From contig LSRY02000024.1 in NCBI GenBank assembly GCA_001643675.2, positions 992,001 to 1,056,000 of the forward strand: 64,000 nt of DNA, given 5' to 3'. Positions 38,201 through 49,100 of this stretch are shown here, piece by piece. The stretch is from Monocercomonoides exilis PA203. Its lineage: Eukaryota > Protista > Preaxostyla. Below the pieces are notes generated by a model. It had not been told where the DNA came from. It saw only the letters and a program-made list of their open reading frames with translations, and ran no database searches. Each line of letters begins with the position of its first letter. Position 1 is the first letter of the stretch. The translations under genes were made by a program, and so were the position numbers.

Positions 38201-38497
38201 AGCAAGGGAAGGCAAAAAAGAAGAAAAAGAAAAAAAGTGAGGAAGAAAGTTGCCACACTTCATCCGAAAGAGAGAAAAGAGAACGAAAGATTTGGCATCA
38301 AGAAACGAAATTTGCCTTTTGTTTGTCTCTTCAACATCAAAGTTTTTTTAAAAGCCGAAGCCAATTGTGCCAACAGCCTTTGAAATGTGTTTGTTGGGAG
38401 AAACAGAAAGAATATGAGACAACAACAATCAAAAAAACAATTTGAGACTTTTAACTTGCAATTTTTTCTTTTTCTCTTTTCTTCTTTGAAGATGACG
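35244..38497 (+). repeat. Right arm of the ~3.2-kb inverted segmental duplication (partner 8100-11350)
   Basis: Reverse complement of 8100-11350, with only a few substitutions seen in the core. Confidence 0.95.
35408..38189 (+). CDS. CWC22: Pre-mRNA splicing factor CWC22, copy 2; 4 exons
   Basis: Exons 35408-35545, 35588-35654, 35745-36314, 36472-38189, with GT-AG introns of 42, 90 and 157 bp. The ORF-track peptides are identical to copy 1. Confidence 0.95.
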
Positions 38498-38740
38498 AGG
38501 CGAATTTCATTTTAACTGTTTTGCGATTAACCACAATCAGTTGGTTAAAGCAACAAGAAAACATGCAAAAAAAAATAAATAAAAATAAAAATAAAAATAA
38601 AAATAAAAAAATTAAAAAATAAAAAGTACTTTTTTTTTTTAAGTCAAAAATAAAATATGACACAGTCCAGCATTTGCTCATTTCAACAAAATATCCAAAT
38701 TGCTTCATCTTAATATTTGAATGAGATTTTTTAATTTGAA

Positions 38741-41700
38741 ATGGAGACATTTATTATGGGTATGTTTTTGAACTTCAAAGAGTGAGTTATGGAGTTTCAA
38801 GGAGAAACTGTCGATCAATTCGCAGTTAGGTCACGAACTTCATATGAAATATTCTTCACAACATTTTGTCTTGGGGTGGAAATGCCTCATTACATGCAAT
38901 TACTTGATGATGCTATCAATACACTATCTGATATCGTTCCAGTGAATTTAAATCATGTTTATCAATTTGATAAAGATTTATATCGTCAAACATTACGATA
39001 TCCCGATGAAATGCTGCCTATTATGAACACTGTGATTATTGGTATTGGAACAACAAAGTATACTGATCCAGAAATTAATCGAAGAATTCAACAGAATCTT
39101 AGAGTATGTTATCAACAGCATATGCATCCCCGCTTCTTTATTGAAAGTTATTTTACATTTCTCTTTTCGAAAGGTTCGTATTTTTGGCTTGAGAGATATT
39201 GATCAAAAGAAAATGAGAGACTTACAACCTCAAGGTATTTGAATTTGTTAAAAGTTTTTCTTTCAAGCACGTGCATTTTTGCTTTTGGTAGACATTTCAC
39301 AACTTGTTCAAATTGATGGACTTGTTATCCATTTAAGTGGAGTTGTTCCAGATTTAAAATCAGGTTTGATTGATATTCAATGATAAAAAGGAATCATATC
39401 ACTTTTTTAAAGCATTTTTCAAGTGTTCAAACTGTGGTCATGAAGAAATCGTGAAAGAGATTGCAAACCGCATTGCTGAGCCAAGAAATTGTGATCATTG
39501 CCATCGTGCAGGAACTTATGTTTTAATTCATAATCGATCGCTTTTCATTGACAGGCAAATTGCTCGTGTTCAAGAAGATATAAGTTTGCATCCATTATTT
39601 ATTGAATTAGATTCAAATATTGAAAATTTTTCTTTTTACCATTTTTCTTCATCAACTCACGTATTTCAGCTCAAATTCCCGAAGGTGAAATTCCTCATTC
39701 TGTTTCATTTACATTTCCGTCTGATCTCATCAACTGCTGCTCTCCTGGCGATCGTGTTAGCGTGACAGGAATATACAGAACGCAACTACCACGAGTTAAT
39801 GCCCGAGTTAGAGCAGCAAGAACTGTATTTGCCACATTCATTGAAGCCGTAAATGTACAACGACTTGCTCCAACTGGTCTAACCACTCGAACGATGGCAC
39901 AATCTGCAGGCGGACGAAGTGGAAGTGGCGCTTCTGGAGCTGTTGGAGTGTCCGGAGGAGCAGGTGGTGGGTGGTCTGGCACGCAAAGCGGTGAAAGCGA
40001 TATGACATTGGAACAGAGAGAACAAAGAAAAAGAGAGCTTATTAAACTTGGACAAGATCCAAGGATTTATGATAGATTGGTTAAGAGTCTTGGTTTGTTT
40101 TGTGGGGAAATAATAATAAAATAATTTGATATTGTTTATAATGGAGAAAAACTGTTAATAACACATTTTTCTCTGTTAATTTTTTTTTCTTTTATGTTTT
40201 CTTTTTCTTTTTTTAAATTTATTTTGAAATTTTTTGATAAACGTATCTTATTCAATGCAATGAACTTGCAATCTTATAATAATTCTATTTATTCTTTAGC
40301 CCCAAGTATTTTTGGACTTGAAGAAGTGAAGCGAGGACTTCTTTGCCAGCTGTTTGGAGGAGCAAACTATCCACGTGAAGATAATATTCCTGATTCAGAT
40401 ACACTAAACACATTGGCCGTAATGCAGGCAGAAGCACAAGCACAACGGGCAGCCGGAAAGAGAGGGAAAAAAGGATTAGGAACCGCAGCACCTGATTCTG
40501 CCTCTGGTTTTTTGAACTCTTTTTCACATTCATCAAACGGTGTTGCTTCTGATCCTTCTTCTTCGTCTTTGCCATTGTCAATGTCAACGCCTCAGTCAAC
40601 CTTAGACTCAACAGCAGTGTTTGGCTCTATTCCTTCCTCATCTGTGCAAATGGACTCGTCCATAATTGACACAGCAGCTGGCCAATCTCAGATAGGTTCT
40701 ATAGGATCTACATCGTCTGCATACGACCTAGGTTCCTCTGCATCTTCTTCTTCGTCTCTTATGGGCACTTCTGCATCTTCCTCTTCTTCCTCTTCTTCAT
40801 CTATTGGAGTCAACAGTGAAGAGGCTGATGGAAATGCAAGAGGTCACTCAAAGTCGTCTGGTTATCATCAAGGCGGAAGAATTGGAGTTTCTCCGCTTTC
40901 CCCTGAATCAAGATCCGAGCTGAATATCCTTCTGATCGGTGATCCATCTACAGCAAAAAGTCAGCTGCTGCGATATGTGCATCGTCTGGCACCACGTGGT
41001 ATGCTGACATCTGGTTCTGGAAGCTCAGCAGTCGGGTTGACAGCGTATGTTGGAAGAGACCCAGATACAGGAGAGCTTATATTGGAGTCTGGTGCACTTG
41101 TGATGAGCGACGGTGGTGTGTGTTGTGTCGATGAGTTTGACAAGATGGGGCAGCAGGCACGTACTATTCTTCACGAAGCGATGGAACAGCAGTCTGTGAC
41201 TGTTGCAAAGGCAGGTATTGTGACTACCCTCAGAGCACGCACAGCGGTGTTGGCTGCTGCTAACCCTCGCTTCAGTCGGTATAACCCAAGAATGACAGTC
41301 ATCGCAAATATTGCGTTACCACCTCCGCTGTTGTCTCGTTTTGATATGATATATTTGCTGTTGGATACTCCTGACGAAATGAAGGATAAGCTCTTTTCGA
41401 GACATCTTCTGTCGTTATTCCAGGAAGCGCCTGCATCTGATGGATCTCAGATGAAATTGCACACATTGCAGGGAGGTTCAAGAAAGCAAGCTGATGAAAT
41501 TATAACAGACAAAGAGAAAAGCATGGAAGCTGATTCTATAATCGATGAAGAAAACGAACAGGACAAAAAAGGAAAAGGAAAGAAAGGAAAAGGAAAGGGT
41601 GGTGAACAATTCTCAAAGGATGCTGATGATTCGAACAAATCAGAAGCACAGCAAAATAAAAAGAGAGTGCAGCACATAGACAGTGATTTAATAGATCCTG

Positions 41701-42490
41701 CAACGCTCACTGAATATATTGCATTTGCCAGAAATTATTGCTTCCCACAAATCACTCCTGAAGCTTCAATTGAAGCAGAAGATGGTTTTGTTGGTATGCT
41801 TTCATTTGAGTTTTGTGAACTCAGATTTTATGAGAAATGAAACTTACAAATTTTTAATTATTTCTATTTTTGAAATATTTGATAAAATTAATTCGTGTCT
41901 TTCTTAAATAACGTTTATTTATTTATTTATTTATTTATTTAACATTTCTTATTTTTTAAATGAATGTTATACTCTCATATTCAGAAATGCGTCTTCTTGG
42001 AGCAGGACAGAATGTTGTATCTGCAACTGTTCGTCAGCTTGAATCACTTCTTCGTGTTGCCACAGCATTTGCTCGGATGCGTCTTTCTCCTGTTGTTACG
42101 AAAGAAGATGTGCAAGAAGCACTCAGGCTTGTTCAATCCGCACTTCAAAGAGCAGCCACAGACCCGACAACTGGAGTGGTTGATGTGAACAAGCTTGTCA
42201 CAGGCGTATCGTCTCAGGCAAAAGAAATGATTGTGAAGAAGGTTAAAGAGGCATTGCTTCAATTCCACGCAGATGTGATTGAGTTCAAAAATCTTCTTCT
42301 TTTGGTCAATCAGCATTCTGAGCAGGCTTCCTCGTCTTTCTTATCGCCTCAACAGATACCTATTTCTGAAAATGAACTTTTAGATGCATTACATTTCTTG
42401 TCTTCGAAAGGAGCCATTGGATTTATTGGTGGAGATGGAGGAGAGCGAAGAATAAAGAAGATTGAGAAGGTTTTAGAGACAGTTTTGTAA
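38741..42490 (+). CDS. MCM4: DNA replication licensing factor MCM4; 8 predicted exons
   Basis: [14 protein letters not shown]; zinc finger CSNC..CDHC; [12 protein letters not shown]; [12 protein letters not shown]; Walker [12 protein letters not shown]; [38 protein letters not shown]; arginine finger SRFD; ATVRQLESL; ATDPTTG. Predicted start METFIMG|ETVD at 38741 via intron 38760-38801. Other introns lie near 39104-39173, 39235-39291, 39364-39412, 39584-39669, 40093-40299, 41794-41985. Confidence 0.92.
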
Positions 42491-43168
42491 ATTCATTGTT
42501 AATTTGAGAAATTCTATTTCAAGTGTTTTTACTCAAAATGAGATAGTTATTTTACAAGACTTCATTTAAACAAGTTGAAGAAATAGGAAAGTTAATTATC
42601 TCAGTTTTATTTTATTTTGAAAGCATGTCACATCCATCTCAAACTCTTTTATCTGCATTTGTCATCTCCTTTCATTTGAAAAACTCATTCATTTTTGAAA
42701 TAATAAAAAAAAATTATAATACATGAAATATTTATCAGGGAATGTTTTTCATATTTTTGGGTTTTGAATGAAATAATAATAATTATTTACAAATAGATGA
42801 AACAAAATATCACACAAGCGATATGAGTGTTGTTGAAATAACCGAAAAATAAATTGAAAAGAAACGCGAAAAAGAAACAAAAAGAAATAATGACGGCACT
42901 CACATTAAAAAGTGAGTTGCGGCAAACAAACCATAACTTTACATCATAGAACAAAAATTAAAAAAATAATAAAATGAAATAAAAACGAAAATACAGTTAT
43001 GTGTTTATTTGCCGCGTCATTTTCATCTATCCGATGGAGTGAAATTAAATGTTAAATATTTATTTCTAAAAATGCTAGTTAAACGGAATTACAATATAAA
43101 AACTAAAAACTGAATCAACAAATACAATTGAATACAAATATACAACAAATAAAAAAAAATATAATAAA

Positions 43169-46100
43169 TCATGGAACAATTGAAGAGGACAACTCTTCAT
43201 CCCCAAATTTTTTGGCTTCGGACAACGTTAAATTCTCTGATTGTTCATAAGGAACCAGTTGTATGTCAGAAACAGCACTTGAATTTTGAGTTGAAGTTGC
43301 GGCTGCTGAAGTTTTAGTTGAAGTTGCTGTGTCAAATGTCTCGAGTGAATATTCTCCTGAACCTTCATAGCTATCGCTCTGTGTGCTGCCAGTTCTCGTA
43401 ATAAGATCACCACCTCTGCAGTAATCTGACACTTCTTCGATATCGATGGCATCAGAAATGGACAGCTGAACAGCACCTGGAGGGAAGTGTTGGATAAATT
43501 CGCGCTTCAGACTTGCAAGTGAAAGCCGTTCTTCAGTGTTTGACGAGAGGCAAGACTTTACGATATCCTCGAATGAAGAGGACGATAATAAATCATAATC
43601 CACTCTTTCACCATTCTTGATCTTTGTTCCTGCTGTTTCTGCGTCGTACTTGGCAAATGGTATCTGCAGCGTCAGGCACTCCCACAGCATCATACCAATT
43701 GTGAATGACACACTTTTATTCGTCGCATCTCTCTTCTCAATCCATTGAAGTTCAGGCGCTTTCCATCGTAGGCTTTCATTGTCAATTGTCTCTTCTTCAA
43801 AAGAACTTAATTTATTCTTTTTCTGCTTTTCTCGATCTCCAGAGCGCTGGCTATTCCTGCAATCCGACATTGCACTTGAGCTATTTGTGGAAGAAGAATC
43901 CATTGAAGACGAATCATCACTGTCTTCTGAGGAAAATCCAGAGTTAATCGCAATCACAACCATCATGTGTTCTGAGAACAGCACGATATGAGGAGATAGA
44001 GATTCCAAGCACGGAGATATTGCTTGCTCCTGTTCGAGCGAATGCAGAGCACCATTTGTCACCCAAAACAGAACCTGGGCAGCAGTAATTTCTCTCTGTT
44101 CCAGTGTACCGATTGCCATCTCCTTCTTGTCGTTCTTCCCGTGGAGCAGCATGAACAGCGAATCCCTCAAATCCACAATCATCTTTTCGTGAGGCGATTC
44201 GCACGCCATCCCGTCCACAAGGTTTGACATGGACGAAGTTGTTGGAGCCATTTGCTCCAAAGTCAACATCGTCGTCAAACTCGATTCTTCTTTCATTTCT
44301 GTAGATAGCGTTGCTTTGTAATTTGCATCGATTCCATCTTTGATGAAGTCTTCTCCATCATCATTCTCCCCTTCTGCTTTCTCCAGCGCCCATTCAGGGA
44401 TCTCATCCGAATCATCAAGAAGAATTTCTTGAGTAGATCCAACTTCAGCCAATAAACTTTGTTGGGATTCTGATGCTGCCAACTTCCTCTTCTGCACCCG
44501 TTGTTTTCCAAGTCCCGATGTTCTTTCACGTTGGATGTTTGGTTCTTCCCCTGTACCAAATCCATAAGTCATCATTTCAATTTCTTTTGGATCTTTCTTT
44601 GCTGTCTGCTCCACCATCACTTCCAATTGGTTTGAATGTCGTTTTTCCTTTCTCCATCGAATTACAATAACTATGATACCCAAAGCAGCTATGAAAAACA
44701 AAACTGCAACGATGATTAATGCAATAAGCGCCCACGATGGTGTAACTTCGTTAGTCACTTTCGCTATTGGATTTGTTTCTTCTTCTTTTGTAATATTCTT
44801 TATCACCTTTGACGAAGTTGAAGATGGCAAATCGGGATTTCCAAACAATAGTGCAACTGATAATTCTGTCTGTTTAGCTGCTGAAGAAATATCTGTTGAT
44901 TTGATAGTTGAAATTGCTTCGTTTTCAGATATCCATCCATTGCTATCGATCTCACGCTTTTCATACACATATTCTTCGTTGGTCTTATAAATAAGTCTTA
45001 CGAAGAGATTGCATGGCATCAAAAGATTTCCTTTTAGTGTCAATTTTGTATCTGTTCCCAAATCAGCAACCTTGACAGACTCCAATGTGGGAATGAAAAA
45101 TGGAGATGGCTGATCAGCCGCAACACCTTCCAACGTGCATTTGTCTTGTAAGATCCAAAGAGAAGAATTGTCTTTAAAGCCATCGCCTCCTTTCAGACTA
45201 ACAATGTTCAGTACACTTTCTTCAGAGCACAAAATATTTCTGCGGGCTGATTGATAAGCAAGAATTAACTTGTTATTGTTCAGAAATTCTCCTTTTTCAA
45301 TGGTAATAATACTGCCAAAAACTGTCATTCCTCCTACGGAAGAATTGACAATAGAAGTTTCTTTTACGGTTGCATTAGAGTTTGTGATGTCAATAAGTGA
45401 TCCATTCCACTTGCAAATTTCATCTGTTGCGTCACTGTTTGCCACATCTCTGCTGATCTCCTCCAATCCATCAAAAACACACGCGTCTATTGCCACGCTT
45501 TTGCTATTAAACGTGCTAATCTGTTTCCCTTTAGTTGACAGACACGAGCAAAGACTGAATGTGTTGTTGATCAACTGAACCGACTTTTCGGTCAAACTTG
45601 TTAGTACTCTTCCTTCGTTTCCACCACAGCTCACATTCGCGAAGACGCAAAGCGAGGCTAAAAATGCTTTTTCGATCTCTGTTTCGCTGTTATCTGTTAT
45701 CAGAGTCTCTCCATTCTCAACATAAATTGCACTTCCTTCTTCGACATCAACATCCTTTAATTCTGCTTGAAGTAAATTAATCGTTGCATTTCCTGAACAT
45801 GAGACAACTGCTTTTGTAGCTTTCGAAGAGCTCACGGTTAGCTGACTTGCAGCCAGCGTATTTCCAACACAGGAAATCAAGCAATTTCCACGTAATCCTT
45901 CTAAATGGACTCTGTCCATATTTGTAGTTGTGCCTCTTTCACAGCCGATGATATAATTCGCAACTGTTAAACTGCAAACGGTGGATTCTGTAATTTTCAT
46001 TGTTCCTCCAACAACTGCAATCAAGCTTCCGTCAAATTGAACATTATTGTCTCTTCCAATGAAGCTGCATGTATTCATTCTTAGTCTGCCTTCCAATACG

Positions 46101-49100
46101 CCAATCAAAGACGAGTGGGTAATCTTCAACGAGCTGCCAAAGATATAAGCAACATTATCTATCTGCACGTTCTCTTTAGTTGTAATTGCAAAATTTCTTT
46201 CAGCACTTTTCTCAATCGTACTGTTCATAAAAACAGTGCACAATTCATCCAGAGGCACCATACTAATTTCTGACAAATCCATCTCTCTTTCAATACTTGC
46301 CTGTTCATCAATGAAGATTGTCCTACGTCTGCCTTCTGATACATGATGCACCACTTCATCTATCGTTTTACATGGCCCTGTAAAGTTTCCGCATCTGTTT
46401 CCATTTTCACCATTTGACGAAACGAGCACCTGTTCTCCTCTGAAATATCTGATCTCATCGATCAGATCGCGATCTCTTTCAGATGCAGCCATGCTAACTT
46501 CTCTTCCAAATATTGCATTTCTTGAATCAAACACAGACTCATCAAAATCAATCAAAAATTGATCCTCAGTCACTTGTGATACGATGTTCACACACACAAT
46601 AAACACATCCCTTCCAGAGCTCGCATTGTTGAAGCTAAAGCGAGCATTCTTAAATCGGAATCCCAGTGGATTGTCATTCGATAAGCGTCCATTTCCGCCA
46701 GCGGCAAGAATGCTTGAACAATCCAGATAAACCCCTCCTCCTTTTCCGATTGCTGTTGATGCAACGCATTTCCCCAGCGATGTACCGTTGATATCAAACA
46801 TGATCGTGTCACTGTTTCCTGGTCCAATTGTGAACATCATGCTTCCTCCTTTAGTAGAAGTTTTGCTTTCACAGCCATTCAAAATGCATCCACTCATTTT
46901 AAATTTCACATTATTTATTGTTTCGCAGCTCAATAGGCAGCTTCCATCATCATCCCGAGTTATGTCATTCATGCGGCACGACATTAATTCGAGAACACAA
47001 TCTCCATTTGTTAGTGTTGAGAAAGACGAATGAGCGATATGCTCCCTTCCAGACAAGGAAATGTGTGTTTCGGGAATAAAAAACAGAGGTGATTGCAAAA
47101 TTAGCTCTTCAAATAGACAATTTTCCATTTTGCCATTAATGTCTGTTGCACCGAATCTCATTGGATTTGAGCCAAAGCTCAAACCTTTCAATGAAAAATC
47201 CTCAATTTCAAATTCTCCAGAACGCACTTCAACCAAGCAATAAGAAATTGCTTCGTTGAGGTTAGCGTTGGTCGTCATGGAGCAGTTCTTCATTAGGAGC
47301 GTTCCACTTGATGACAAAATCAGGATCGACTGAGAAGTGGTGAAATTAGTTGGGATAATGAATCTCAGCAATGTGAGCTTAAGTGTTTTATTGTTTAAGA
47401 AAATGTAGTTTTCTGATGTAACAGATGAGGGTAACGAAGATAACGAGGTTGCAATGGAAAGCTCTGCAGGTGTATTATACAACGATCCAATTTCGCGTTC
47501 AGACACATCAAAGCAGCTCTCAATAATTGCTGAATTCTCGATTAGAATCTGTGTTACTGGCTGGTCAAACTCTGTTGTATTTATTATATGCTGCAATCCA
47601 GTTGAAAATGAAGAGCAAGGAAGAGTTTCCTTTCCGCATCCCTTCACATCCGCCCCAAAACTCGATGACACAATAATCCTTTCTGAATTATAATCAACAA
47701 TAAACGCAAGCAGATCAACTGCCTTTGCAGTGAAATACGCCGTGTCCGTTCCAGAAAATGCATTTGTGTCTGTAATCCACTCATCGAGATTAATCAAAAA
47801 TTGCTCTGGCTTTACAGAAGAGCTAAGATCAGCACATGAGAAAAAGACATTCTTCCCCATTGAAGCTACATTATCCGAAAATTTTATCTTCTCAAAAACA
47901 AAGTCAGCATCAGCACCAATAGAGTCGACGAAGCAAAATCCTCCTTTTCCAGACGCAGGTGAACAACTGCACGAAGATACCACACTTGTTCCGCTGACAG
48001 CATCTCCTTTGACACTGAGTGATCCGCCTGCCTTGAACTTTATCTTCATTCCTCCGCCTTCGTTGCTTTCTGATGCAGTTAAACTTGTGACTGAGCAATT
48101 AATTAACGAAAGAGAAGAAGACAATGGATCCGTTATGATAACTGATTTAGATGTGCCTTCTTTCGCAACAATTCTATCGAATGAACAGTTCGTGAATACA
48201 AATTCAGAAGTTGCATCATTGTTGGACTGTGCCGATTGAGCACTAACTTCAGCAGCCGTCAAAAGCGATATCATTTGAAGCATTACAGACAAAAAGTGGC
48301 TTTGATCAAATGTGGCATTGACTGATTGTAATATCACGAAAGGCGATGCTGAGAATAGCAGGTTTTCAACAGTGCAGTCATGAACCAATAATTTTCCATT
48401 GATGGCAGATACAAGAGAATAACTAATTGGAGTAAGGAAATTGCTTTGCTTGGAAAATCCGCAAGAAGAGAGCTGTAACACTCCTTCAGAAGCAGCACAT
48501 TTGATTACTGACGATTGACGCCCAACAAATTCAGATGGCAATGAAAATGTAATGTTAACAAAATTGGTATTGCCCGCAATGCTAATTGCTGTGTCTTTGT
48601 CACTTGAAGGCAGATCTGAGCAGATTGTCATTCCTGTGCCTTGAGAAGACGAAGCAGCTGAAAGTGTCAAATTCTGAAATTCGTAGTACGATTCGACTTC
48701 AACCAACGTGTCAAAAATAATCTCCTTGCTGATGCTATCGTTCTTCACATTTTTCATGCTTTTCTAAATTGAATGACAAGGAAAGTCTAACGAGCCACAC
48801 CGAAGGATATCATAACCTGCGTTTGACACATGGATTTTTTCTGAAACAAATTGAACCAAAAACACAATCAAATCCACAGAATCAAAAATAGCGTCTTTGC
48901 CAATATACGCTTTGCCTCCATCTACAGCTGGATCATTAACTGGCAAGAACAATTTATCAGCAGACACAGATGCGTTCAATGAATCAAAATCAAAGAAGAG
49001 ATTTTTCCCAATTCTCGCTTTGTTGTTTGAGTATTTTGACTCAGAACTCAAGTCATACTGACCTTCGCTTTGTTGCTTGCTCAAATAGAGGAAACCTCCT

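Noticed and set aside
38570-38620. (AAAAAT)n and similar simple repeats, and coding (TCT/GAA)n tracts throughout
   Set aside because: These are ordinary microsatellites or low-complexity expansions with no spacer structure. No CRISPR array, tRNA or rRNA gene was recognised anywhere in the window.
40900-40980. Assignment as MCM6 or MCM3 from the Walker A variant GDPSTAKSQ
   Set aside because: The N-terminal, LIHNRS, GLTAYV..LESGALV.SD and ATDP motifs all indicate MCM4.
42890-43020. SECIS element or E2F sites (TTTGCCGC) regulating MCM4
   Set aside because: There is no 3' GA for the SECIS quartet, and the nearby internal stop is UAG rather than UGA. The E2F-like octamers lie downstream of MCM4 and are explained as stem arms.
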